NCBI GenBank assembly: GCA_002862205.1
Contig: PKCN01000399.1
Location: 2,738 to 66,737 of the forward strand
DNA length: 64,000 nucleotides
DNA from: Planctomycetaceae bacterium
GTDB taxonomy: Bacteria > Planctomycetota > Planctomycetia > Pirellulales > Pirellulaceae
Direction: 5' to 3'
The first letter of the stretch is position 1. Each line of letters begins with the position of its first letter. The notes below the pieces were generated by a model. The model was not told the origin of the DNA. It ran no database searches and saw only the letters and a list, made by a program, of their open reading frames with translations. A program made the position numbers and the translations under genes. Below are positions 9,417 through 18,592 of this stretch, in pieces.

Positions 9417-11555
9417 ATGCCGGGTGTCAGTTTGAAAGGGCGTCTTCTTCGTTTATGCCAGAAGGAACTGAAGGAAACCATTCGCGATCGCCGAACGATC
9501 GTTACTCTGGTATTGATGCCTCTGTTGGTCTACCCGATCATGAGCATGGCATTGAATCGTTTCCTGCTGACCAATGTCAGCAGCGACGATGGTTTTACCA
9601 TTTGCGTGTCCAGTGAACTCGAAAGCGAAATCCTGGACCAATGGCTAAGCAACCCGCTGAGCGTCCCTCCCAAAGCGATTGCTGACAGCAGTGGTGGCGA
9701 ACTGGCGAAGTTTCAAGTTGCGGTGATCACCGATGTGCCACCTGCAGAAGCAGTCGCTCGCAACGACGCCGATGTAGGAATGGAACTATCAAACATTGAG
9801 ACTGGCAACCCGACGGCAACTTTCTTTGCATACCGGGGAGACAGTGTCAGCCAAGCGGCCCGTCGTGTGGTGGTAGAACGATTGCAATGGCTGAAACTCG
9901 CAGAGGCGGAAAACCTGCTCAAACGCACACTGCCGGATTATCGCACGCCTGTGCTAGTCAGCGCGGAAGACGTGGGCAGTGTTGAGGAAAATTCCCTGCT
10001 GGCGACCATCGTGCCGCTTGTTCTGGTACTCATGACAATCACAGGTGCGGTCTACCCGGCAATCGACCTGACTGCAGGTGAGCGGGAACGTGGCACCATG
10101 GAAGCAGTGATGGCATCTCCTGTGCCACGCGGGTACGTTCTGCTTTCGAAATATACAGCCGTTGTCGTGGTAGCATTACTGACAGCGATTGCAAATCTGG
10201 TGGCGATGTTCACGACGCTATGGGCTAGTGGCCTGTTGGAGTTCCTGACCGGTGGAGACGCCTTTCCGTGGCTCACCATTTTACAAATGCTGGGGTTGCT
10301 CGTCCTCTTCAGCGGATTTTTCTCGGCTGTCCTGTTGTCTCTTACCAGCTTCGCCAAATCATTCAAAGAGGCTCAGGCCTACTTAATCCCCGTCATGCTA
10401 CTGTCCCTGACACCAGCCATGCTTTCGCTGATGCCGGGAATCACGCTATCGGGTGCATTGATCGTCCTGCCACTGGTCAATATCATTCTCCTCGCCCGCG
10501 ATCTTTTGTCGGGGTCAGTCGATCCTAACAATGCATTTGTTGCGATCGTCAGCACGTTTGCTTACGCCGCAGCGGCACTCTCTGTCGCCGCAAGACTATT
10601 CGGTAGTGACGCTGTCACCCGCACCAGTGAAAAATCGATTGGATCATTGCTGCGGCGTCCACGGGAGGCAAGTTCCCGTCCAACCCCACAGGCAGCGGCA
10701 CTCATGCTTGCACTCCTGGTACCTGTGTACTTTCTGGTTTCCAATGGTTTGATGAGGTTCATCAAGACTTCTGAGGATTTGAATGTCTCCTTCGCCCTGC
10801 TGCTCAACGCCATCGCATTGATCTTCACCTTTGGGCTAATCCCCGCGTTGGCTGCCTGGATGGGGCGTAATCGCTTCAAGACCACATTCCGAATTCAGCC
10901 ATCAGGGTTGTTGTCGTTCATTGGTGCAATCTTGCTCGGTCTTGGTGCGTGGGCATTTGCACATGAAGCATTCCTGCTGGCCGACGCAATTGGCATTGGT
11001 GGTTTATCCGACCAGCAGATCGCGAGCGCTGAAGCGAGTGTTACAAAAATGCGGGAATCCTCAGCGCTGTTGTTGATTGCATGCTTCGCACTCACCCCTG
11101 CTGTCATCGAGGAGTTCTGCTTCCGTGGCTATCTATTCTCAGCAATCCGCGGAGCGGCCACTCCATTACGAACAATCCTGATCACAGCTTTCCTGTTTGG
11201 TTTATTCCACGTTCTGACCGGCAAAGCCTTGCTCGTCGAACGGTTCGTACCATCAACCTTGATGGGTTTGATTATCGGCTGGGTCGCCTATCGAACGCGG
11301 AGCGTTTTTCCGGGAATCGTGATCCACTTTGTTCACAACGGTCTGCTCATGCTCGTTCTGTATTACCAGGACCAACTCAGCTTTCTCGGCGAAGGATTCG
11401 ACGACCAAATGCACCTGCCACCTCTGTGGCTGGCCGCTGCATCTGCTTTGGTGATGACGGGCACCCTTTTGATCTGGGTATCCTCGCGCAACCAGCCTCC
11501 AGGAAAGTCGGAAAACAAAAGTGATCAGCAACAAGCCGACACCAGGGTGACTTGA
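9417..11555 (+). CDS. ABC-2 type (NatB-like) permease fused to a C-terminal CPBP/CAAX-type intramembrane protease domain
   Basis: ORF 9273..11555. The ATG at 9417 lies 4 nt after the ATPase stop and gives 712 aa. The N-terminal half is polytopic and NatB-like (LCQKELKETIRDRRTIV). The C-terminal half carries the three CPBP motifs EEFCFRGYLF (EE at nt 11109), FGLFHV and HFVHN. Confidence 0.85.
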   Translation: MPGVSLKGRLLRLCQKELKETIRDRRTIVTLVLMPLLVYPIMSMALNRFLLTNVSSDDGFTICVSSELESEILDQWLSNPLSVPPKAIADSSGGELAKFQVAVITDVPPAEAVARNDADVGMELSNIETGNPTATFFAYRGDSVSQAARRVVVERLQWLKLAEAENLLKRTLPDYRTPVLVSAEDVGSVEENSLLATIVPLVLVLMTITGAVYPAIDLTAGERERGTMEAVMASPVPRGYVLLSKYTAVVVVALLTAIANLVAMFTTLWASGLLEFLTGGDAFPWLTILQMLGLLVLFSGFFSAVLLSLTSFAKSFKEAQAYLIPVMLLSLTPAMLSLMPGITLSGALIVLPLVNIILLARDLLSGSVDPNNAFVAIVSTFAYAAAALSVAARLFGSDAVTRTSEKSIGSLLRRPREASSRPTPQAAALMLALLVPVYFLVSNGLMRFIKTSEDLNVSFALLLNAIALIFTFGLIPALAAWMGRNRFKTTFRIQPSGLLSFIGAILLGLGAWAFAHEAFLLADAIGIGGLSDQQIASAEASVTKMRESSALLLIACFALTPAVIEEFCFRGYLFSAIRGAATPLRTILITAFLFGLFHVLTGKALLVERFVPSTLMGLIIGWVAYRTRSVFPGIVIHFVHNGLLMLVLYYQDQLSFLGEGFDDQMHLPPLWLAAASALVMTGTLLIWVSSRNQPPGKSENKSDQQQADTRVT

Positions 11556-11691
11556 ACCGCAGGACGAAAGACCTCATCCATGCAGAGACGCCTCACGCCT
11601 GCTTAAGAGTTATTGAGACACAGAAGATGCAAGCCGATCCTGCAAACAGGCTGACGCGACTGCTTGTCCGTCCCTCAGCAACTCACACAGG

Positions 11692-12576
11692 TCAGCGAGG
11701 AAAAATCATTCCCCAGGGCGAATTGGTCCCGGACATTTGGAGCACAGCGACTCCAACCGTCAATAAAACCACGACCGCCAGTCCAAAGTACAACATCGCA
11801 CGCAAACCACGTCCGGTTTTGTTCTGTCCGTTGTTCACGTTTGGAGAAGTGATCCCCAAGACGCGTGCTACACGTTGCGGAGCATCGTTGTGTACAAACG
11901 CCAGTCCAGCGATGCAGCCGTTTTCAGAAACGCGTTTCCACTGCAATTTGGTTTCGACACACAAATCACTGTCATCTTCACAGTCGATACACACCCTTAA
12001 ACGCTTATCGTCGGGGATGATGACATCGGTATGTATCATCAGGCCACCGTTTGAATAATCCCGCAGTTCGATATCCACCCGATCAGGGTGCAATGGCCAA
12101 AACATTTTCGCGGGATGCATGACTTCAATGCGAGGATCACTACGCCGGTTCAGAAATCCCTGATCCGCGAGTTCGTGCAAGACGGCATCACCAATGTGTT
12201 CGTTGAGGCTACAGCCGAGAATGGTTTGGCCGCCTACCCATGGTTCGACATACCTGACCTCGCCGAGGAACTCATTCGTTGGCAAGTCACTGTCCATGAT
12301 GACACGAATTTTCTCACCCACGCGGTATTGACCACTACTGAGCAAACGCATCCCATTATTGGAAAGATCGATTACCGTCCCAGAACTTGCTTGCTCTTGG
12401 TCAACCTCGATGCTACAGGCCAAGACCTGCGCTTCGCTCGTCTTGAACCTTCGCTGCTTGCGATTATCAGCTGTGGCTTCGATGGATTCGTTTCGGACTG
12501 TCATGTGCTTGCGCGAATAAGACCAGATTACGAGTGAGTAAGGATGTTTAGCTTGCAGTTCATGCCACCCGAGCAT
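11692..12576 (-). CDS. Tandem PilZ-domain protein with C-terminal membrane anchor
   Basis: 294-aa ORF with an alternative ATG at 12504. There are two RRxxxR...D/NxSxxG-type units: QRRFKTSE...DLSNNGMRL and NRRSDPRIE...DYSNGGLMI. The hydrophobic C-terminus reads MLYFGLAVVVLLTVGVAVL. Confidence 0.7.
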   Translation of the reverse strand: MLGWHELQAKHPYSLVIWSYSRKHMTVRNESIEATADNRKQRRFKTSEAQVLACSIEVDQEQASSGTVIDLSNNGMRLLSSGQYRVGEKIRVIMDSDLPTNEFLGEVRYVEPWVGGQTILGCSLNEHIGDAVLHELADQGFLNRRSDPRIEVMHPAKMFWPLHPDRVDIELRDYSNGGLMIHTDVIIPDDKRLRVCIDCEDDSDLCVETKLQWKRVSENGCIAGLAFVHNDAPQRVARVLGITSPNVNNGQNKTGRGLRAMLYFGLAVVVLLTVGVAVLQMSGTNSPWGMIFPR

Positions 12577-12876
12577 TTTTTCAGATACCGGATGCTTCGT
12601 GCGTACAAATCAGGGACAATTGGTAGCGGTTCGATGGATCGTAACGGAAAACCATTGGAAAACGGGTTTAAACTCATGCATTTGCACATCTCCCATCACC
12701 AATTTAACCGGTCACAACGATCGTTCCGCCTCCAAGGGCGATCTGCTGAAACTGCGGTGTTGCAAAAGTGGTTCATACGGAAGAAAACCTCAGGGAAGAA
12801 AATGCCCATTTTCCGGCCAGCCGCGACATCGCTGTCCCACCAGTCTCCATCGCTCTGCACCCCTTCAGGCAAAACC

Positions 12877-14202
12877 ATGGAAAGGTCATTGCACTGGTTC
12901 GTGGCTTTGGTCGTTATGGTGGCTTTGGTCGCCATCGTGGCTGGCTCTAACCCCAGCCATGCAGATTGGCCTCAATGGCGTGGTCCGTTGGGCACTGGGG
13001 TAGCCCCAGATGCGACGCCCCCCATTGAGTGGGATCTTGAAAAAAACGTGCTTTGGAAATCAAAGATTGACGGCGAGGGACATGCCACACCAGTCGTCTC
13101 AGGTGGAATCATTTTTCTGACCACATCCGTTCCAGTTGGCGATCCCATTGCACCACGCGCAAGCGGTCGTCCTGGTGCCCATGACAATCGCAAGGTCGCC
13201 AGTGCCTATCAATTCCAAGCTTGGGCGATCAATTCGGCAGACGGATCAATCCTGTGGCGCAAGACACTGGCCGAGGCGATTCCGATCGAAGGCGGCCATA
13301 ACACAGCAAGTCTGGCATCGGCATCACCCGTCACTGATGGCGATCGTTTCTATGCCTTCTTCGGCTCACATGGCCTGTTTTGTCTCAATCGAGAAGGTGA
13401 CCTGCTCTGGAAGAAACAACTGGGAACGATGCATACGAAACACGGCCACGGTGAAGGTGCATCGCCGGCACTGCATGACCAGACCATTGTGGTGAACTGG
13501 GATCATGAAGAAGAATCCTTCCTTGTAGCTCTCGACAAAAAAAATGGCAACGAAAAGTGGCGTGTTGCCCGCAACGAGGTGACTTCATGGAGCACTCCCT
13601 TGATCACGCTCGTTGATGGGGAAGCACAAGTTATCGTTTGCGGGACAGACAAAGTACGCGGCTACCGATTGATGGACGGAGAAGTGGTCTGGGAATGTGG
13701 GGGAATGTCAGCCAACATTGTTGCGACGCCTGTCGTCGGTAACGGAGTGCTCTATGTGGGCAGCAGTTACGAAAAACGGATTTTGATGGCAATCAGACTC
13801 AGCGGCTCCAAGGGCGACATTTCCGACACGGCCAAAGTACTCTGGACCCGTACACGCGGGACGCCCTATGTCCCCTCACCACTGCTCTACCAAGGAGCAC
13901 TCTATTTTTTGACCCACTATCAAAACGTGCTCACACGTGTTGAAGCCGAGACAGGACTGGATGCTCCCGGGGCCTTCCGACTGGGACCACTTTCGAACAT
14001 TTATGCATCTCCTGTAGCCGCGAATGGTCACATCTACATCACTGACCTCGAAGGAAAAACGCTGGTCATGACGGACACGGAGATCCCACGGGCAATTGCA
14101 ATCAACCCGATCGGAGAATCGGTGAGCGCATCTTTGGCGATTGATGGATCAGTGATTCTGATTCGGGGCACCAGGCATCTTTACTGTGTAGGTGTTCCAT
14201 GA
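12877..14202 (+). CDS. Secreted PQQ-like beta-propeller repeat protein
   Basis: ORF 12544..14202. The ATG at 12877 gives a signal/TM segment (MERSLHWFVALVVMVALVAIVAGS) followed by DWPQWRGPLGTGV and repeated G.L.A.D..TG...W-like blades. Confidence 0.8.
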   Translation: MERSLHWFVALVVMVALVAIVAGSNPSHADWPQWRGPLGTGVAPDATPPIEWDLEKNVLWKSKIDGEGHATPVVSGGIIFLTTSVPVGDPIAPRASGRPGAHDNRKVASAYQFQAWAINSADGSILWRKTLAEAIPIEGGHNTASLASASPVTDGDRFYAFFGSHGLFCLNREGDLLWKKQLGTMHTKHGHGEGASPALHDQTIVVNWDHEEESFLVALDKKNGNEKWRVARNEVTSWSTPLITLVDGEAQVIVCGTDKVRGYRLMDGEVVWECGGMSANIVATPVVGNGVLYVGSSYEKRILMAIRLSGSKGDISDTAKVLWTRTRGTPYVPSPLLYQGALYFLTHYQNVLTRVEAETGLDAPGAFRLGPLSNIYASPVAANGHIYITDLEGKTLVMTDTEIPRAIAINPIGESVSASLAIDGSVILIRGTRHLYCVGVP

Positions 14203-14248
14203 TCCACTCCATCTCGACTTTCTTCTGATTTTTGCGACAATCCGTTGC

Positions 14249-15292
14249 ATGACAACTGCCCCTCCGCTGCCGATGCTGATTACCGGGATTGCCGGTGTTC
14301 CAGGATACAACGCATTCCATCATTTCCGCAGCCTTCATGGCGAGCAGGTCATTGGGTTACGCCAAGCTTCCATGTGGCCGCTTCAAGGTGATGGAATTGT
14401 GGCCTGCGATGTCGAAGACTCAGAAGGAATCAAACGTCTTTGGGATCAATACAAATTCAAGAGCCTGTTGAATTGTTCGGGGACCTGCCGGCTCAAATCC
14501 TGCGAACTGGATCCTGCCATGGCGCACCGCATCAATGTTTCAGGCACCGGTAACATCATGCGGGGTGCCGCGGATCATGATGCCCGTACGATTCACTTAT
14601 CGATTGACCTGGTATTTTCCGGAGCTTCCGACGGGGAATACACCGAAACGGATCCCCTCGACCCGGTAACAGTCTATGGGGCAAAAATGGTCGAAGCGGA
14701 GAATGTGGTCAAGAACCTCTGCCCCGATAGCTGCATCCTTCGCATTTCTCTGCCCATGGGGATCAGTTTCAATGGACACGCGGGTGCCATCGATTGGATC
14801 GCCTCACGTTTCAAGCAGCAAAAACCCGCCACGCTTTACTACGATGAAATCCGCACCCCCACCTACACCGACTGCATGAACCGACTTTATGAGCGGTTGT
14901 TTACTGATCCGATCCTAGGAACATTCCATGCGGGAGGGCCAAGAACACTGAGCCTTTATGAGATCGCTCAAATCGTTTCCGTTGTGGGAGGATATGACCC
15001 GGCACTTTTGCAGGGCTGCCCGCGGATCGATGCAGGCCCGATTCCACCACGCGCCGGAAATGTCACGATGAACTCCTCAAAGCTGATTGAAACGCTGGGA
15101 TACCAACCGTTTGATCCGTGGCCGTACCCGGCTGACTTAGTGCCTAGTCACCGCCGATGGCATCACGACAATACAAAATTTGGTGGTTCACAAGACAAGG
15201 TTCACGAAATTCTGTATCAGAATCCGAATTCTCCCGGCACGGTGCCGCCCAGTCGTCAAGAACTTTGGGGCTCCAGGCGTTTCCCAACTTGA
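14249..15292 (+). CDS. NAD(P)-dependent sugar-nucleotide reductase/epimerase (RmlD-like SDR)
   Basis: ORF 14192..15292, with ATG at 14249. A Rossmann N-terminus MLITGIAGVPGYNAF is present. The catalytic-region YGAKMVEAE (YxxxK) resembles extended SDRs. Confidence 0.7.
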   Translation: MTTAPPLPMLITGIAGVPGYNAFHHFRSLHGEQVIGLRQASMWPLQGDGIVACDVEDSEGIKRLWDQYKFKSLLNCSGTCRLKSCELDPAMAHRINVSGTGNIMRGAADHDARTIHLSIDLVFSGASDGEYTETDPLDPVTVYGAKMVEAENVVKNLCPDSCILRISLPMGISFNGHAGAIDWIASRFKQQKPATLYYDEIRTPTYTDCMNRLYERLFTDPILGTFHAGGPRTLSLYEIAQIVSVVGGYDPALLQGCPRIDAGPIPPRAGNVTMNSSKLIETLGYQPFDPWPYPADLVPSHRRWHHDNTKFGGSQDKVHEILYQNPNSPGTVPPSRQELWGSRRFPT

Positions 15293-15438
15293 ACACGCTG
15301 CCCCAATGAGCACCTCCCATTCCATCGGAAGTTCACTCAGTCCGCCCAGAACCATGTCCCCTCTGCGGTCTGGGGCATTAAACTAGTGGGCCGTTCCCGC
15401 CATCCCCTCCCTCGCTGCCCCCAGACACAAGACCTCTC

Positions 15439-17070
15439 ATGCGACCTACAACCCTTCCCCTGATTGCCATCTGCTTTTGCATGATGGTAGTCGAGGCCAA
15501 CTTGGCTGTTTCCCAGGATGCTTCCCCCACTCAGGCAGTCACAGGCCCCGTCACGGAGATTGCCCGAGGGGTCGTCTTTGATGACAAAAACGCCAACGGA
15601 ACACGCGACCGCGATGAACCGGGAATCAAAGATATCCGTGTCAGCAACGGCTCAGACATCGTAAAAACAGATGCAGACGGACACTACGAGCTGTCCGTGG
15701 ACGATGATGCAATCATCTTTGTGATCAAGCCGAGAGATTGGGCAACTCCACTGAGCCGTAATCATCTGCCCCAATTCTATTACATTCACAAACCGAAAGG
15801 CTCACCGGAAGACTTCAGGTTTGCGGGCGTGGCCCCCACGGGTCCCCTGCCCAACTCTGTGGACTTTCCGCTGCTTCGCAGGGTCGAACCGGATAAGTTC
15901 AAAGCGATCATGTTCGGCGATCCACAGCCAAGCAATGTGGCGCAAGTTGAATACATGTCTCACGACGTGATTGAACAGATCATCTCAGAACAGGCACACG
16001 GCGCAGCATTTGGCGTCACACTGGGTGACATTGTGTTCGACGACCTGAGTGTGATGGAACCACACAACCAATCCGTCGCGTTAATTGGTATCCCCTGGTA
16101 CAACGTGATTGGCAACCATGACCTGAATCTGGAAGCCAAGACCGATGAGCAAAGTGATGAGACCTTTGAACGTATTTACGGCCCCTCCTATTATTCGTTC
16201 GATTACGGACCGACTCATTTCATGGTGCTCGATGATGTGCACTGGCACGGCCCTGAAGGTGATAAAAAAGGAGGTTATCACGGAGGTTTCAGCGACGAAC
16301 AAATGAAGTTCATCCGCAATGATCTTGCCTTGATACCTCAAGACCAATTGGTCGTTCTGATGATGCACATTCCACTTGATGGTGTGCGAGACCGCGAGGA
16401 ACTTTATCGCCTGATTGAACAGCGTCCGGCAACCGTCTCGCTCTCAGCACATACCCATTACATGGAGCACCGTTTCCTGGGTGAAGAAAACGGTTGGAAA
16501 GGCCCTAAAAAACATCATCACATTGTCAATGTCACCGTCTGCGGCAGTTGGTGGCGTGGTCGGAAAGACGAACGGGGAATCCCACACGCCACCATGAGTG
16601 ATGGCGGCCCCAATGGTTATTCAATCATGGAATTTGATGGGCAAAAATACACCCTGGAAATGCGTGGTGCCAACCGACCAGCTGAATATCAAATGAACCT
16701 GTACGCGCCCGAATCAGTCGCCCAACAGGACCTTGCCACCACTGATTTGGTCGCCAATGTATTCAACGGATCAGAAAAGACGAAAGTGTCATTTCGCGTC
16801 GGAGACCCAAACGGCAAGTTTGGCGACTGGAACACCATGACGGCAACCCGAATGACTGATCCGGCCTTCGTAGCCGAAAAAAAACGTGAAGAGGAAGTTC
16901 CCAACCGACCTTGGACTTCGCTCCCCGGCGCTCACTCAACACCTCATATCTGGACGGCAAAACTTCCCGCAGCAATCGCACCAGGAACACAAATCATTGA
17001 AGTCCGGGCCACCAATGTGATTGGGAAACAAGTCAGTGGTCGACGGGTCATTCAGGTCAAGGCGAACTGA
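15439..17070 (+). CDS. Secreted calcineurin-like metallophosphoesterase with N-terminal Ig-like (SdrD-B/CarboxypepD_reg-like) domain
   Basis: 543-aa ORF with a signal peptide. The N-terminal region reads GVVFDDKNANGTRDRDEPGIKDIRVSNG...TDADGHYEL. Metallophosphoesterase blocks are MFGDPQ, GDIVFDD, GNHD, MHIP and AHTHY. Confidence 0.85.
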   Translation: MRPTTLPLIAICFCMMVVEANLAVSQDASPTQAVTGPVTEIARGVVFDDKNANGTRDRDEPGIKDIRVSNGSDIVKTDADGHYELSVDDDAIIFVIKPRDWATPLSRNHLPQFYYIHKPKGSPEDFRFAGVAPTGPLPNSVDFPLLRRVEPDKFKAIMFGDPQPSNVAQVEYMSHDVIEQIISEQAHGAAFGVTLGDIVFDDLSVMEPHNQSVALIGIPWYNVIGNHDLNLEAKTDEQSDETFERIYGPSYYSFDYGPTHFMVLDDVHWHGPEGDKKGGYHGGFSDEQMKFIRNDLALIPQDQLVVLMMHIPLDGVRDREELYRLIEQRPATVSLSAHTHYMEHRFLGEENGWKGPKKHHHIVNVTVCGSWWRGRKDERGIPHATMSDGGPNGYSIMEFDGQKYTLEMRGANRPAEYQMNLYAPESVAQQDLATTDLVANVFNGSEKTKVSFRVGDPNGKFGDWNTMTATRMTDPAFVAEKKREEEVPNRPWTSLPGAHSTPHIWTAKLPAAIAPGTQIIEVRATNVIGKQVSGRRVIQVKAN

Positions 17071-17080
17071 AGGCCAAGGT

Positions 17081-17172
17081 CAGGCAGGCAGCCAGTCAGG
17101 CAACCAGCCAGTCAATCAGGCAGGCAGTAAATCAATCAGGCAACCAGTCAGTCAGTAAATCAGGCAGTCAGT
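17081..17172. repeat. 92-nt tract with strict 4-nt periodicity: 23 consecutive CARN/AAAT tetramers
   Basis: Read directly: cagg cagg cagc cagt cagg caac cagc cagt caat cagg cagg cagt aaat caat cagg caac cagt cagt cagt aaat cagg cagt cagt. It starts 10 nt after the stop at 17070, in a convergent gap. Confidence 0.95.
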
Positions 17173-17263
17173 GTTTTCGCGGGTGTTGAGTCCAGCGTGC
17201 ATGTGGCCAGCCGGAATCATTGCAGGGGGTATCCTGACATCTCCTCGGCAACCTACCGACAGC

Positions 17264-18592
17264 TTAATCGGTCGCAGTGCCTGGGAACTTCCGGAACACC
17301 CGTATAGCGATCACAATCGACAGCAGCAATAATACAAAGCCCACGAAGAACGGTGCCCCAGGGAGCAGAAAGGGCGCATCGTCGCTGATAAAATAGCTGA
17401 ACAAGAAAGTGTTGAACAAGATTGGCGCGATGATATTCGTCAGACTCGTCAATGAAGTCAGAGCACCTTGAATTTTCCCTTGCTCGGACTCATCAACACG
17501 ACTGGTCACCAAACTCTGAATCGCTGGGCCACTGACGCCGCCGAATGCTCCAAAAACAATGATCCCAGGAATCATCCAACCCTGAGTCGCTAATCCGTAC
17601 CCCAGAAATGAAAATGCGCCGACCACGGTCCCAATGATGACGGTACGACGCTCGCCGAGTCGCCGCACTGTGGGGCGAACCAAACCGCCTTGCACGACCA
17701 CGGCCATGATGCCAACCAAGCCCAATGCCCAGCCATTCATGCTGGCATCCCACTCGTAACGAAACCCGGTGTAAAGAACCCAGACATTCTCTAAACCCCG
17801 CTGGGCGAGCGACTTGCATGCAAACACCGCAGCAAGTCCCGCGACCATGGGGTACATTCGGATTCGACGCAAGGTACCAAACGGGTTGGCATTTCTGAGG
17901 CTAAACGCACTGCGTTTCTCCAGCGGCAACGATTCTGGCAACACAAAGTAACCGTAGAGGCAATTGACCAGCGCCAAGCCAGCGGCCACAAAGAAAGGCA
18001 AGCGAAGGCTGTAGTCACCCAGGAATCCACCCAGAGCAGGCCCAATCGTAAACCCCAGTCCGAACATCATGCCCACAAACCCAAAATTTCTTGCCCGCGT
18101 GTCATCGGTTGACACATCAGCGATGTAGGCGTTAGCCGTCGTAAAGCTGGCCCCCATGATTCCAGCCAGGACCCGTCCAATGAACAGCCACCAGATGCTG
18201 GGCGCAAAACCCTGAATGATGAAATCGATCCCCAAGCCAAATAGCGAAACGAGAATCACTGGTCGGCGGCCAAAGCGATCCGACAATGCCCCCATGATCG
18301 GCGCGAACAGAAACTGCATCAGGGCATAGGTGGCACTAATCACGCCCACATACTTGCCAGCACGCGCGAAATTCTCAGCAGCCGATAAATTCTCTGTAGC
18401 TCCCTCTGTGCGACTCCCAGCAGCGCCTTCTGCGCCTTCTGCGATCAGCCCAGGGGAATCAACTTCGACCAACTCCTTGACCAGCTCGGGGAGGACAGGA
18501 ACGATGATCCCAATTCCCAAAATATCGATGAACAGCGTCACCAAAATGAACGCGATAGCAGCCTTGCGTTCTTTGCCAGGGGATTGGGTCAT
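17264..18592 (-). CDS. MFS transporter, DHA1/TetA-like efflux family
   Basis: 442-aa polytopic ORF. MFS motif A is GALSDRFGRRPV. There are twelve hydrophobic segments, with an unusual acidic/Gly-Ala insert after TM1. Confidence 0.9.
   Translation of the reverse strand: MTQSPGKERKAAIAFILVTLFIDILGIGIIVPVLPELVKELVEVDSPGLIAEGAEGAAGSRTEGATENLSAAENFARAGKYVGVISATYALMQFLFAPIMGALSDRFGRRPVILVSLFGLGIDFIIQGFAPSIWWLFIGRVLAGIMGASFTTANAYIADVSTDDTRARNFGFVGMMFGLGFTIGPALGGFLGDYSLRLPFFVAAGLALVNCLYGYFVLPESLPLEKRSAFSLRNANPFGTLRRIRMYPMVAGLAAVFACKSLAQRGLENVWVLYTGFRYEWDASMNGWALGLVGIMAVVVQGGLVRPTVRRLGERRTVIIGTVVGAFSFLGYGLATQGWMIPGIIVFGAFGGVSGPAIQSLVTSRVDESEQGKIQGALTSLTSLTNIIAPILFNTFLFSYFISDDAPFLLPGAPFFVGFVLLLLSIVIAIRVFRKFPGTATD

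Noticed and set aside
12544-12876. 111-codon N-terminal extension of the PQQ-propeller ORF (start at 12544). Similar upstream extensions exist for ORFs 361, 8606, 9273, 43332 and 51325.
   Set aside because: The extensions are basic or low complexity and precede clear signal peptides or canonical N-termini at internal ATGs. Several would overlap the upstream gene.
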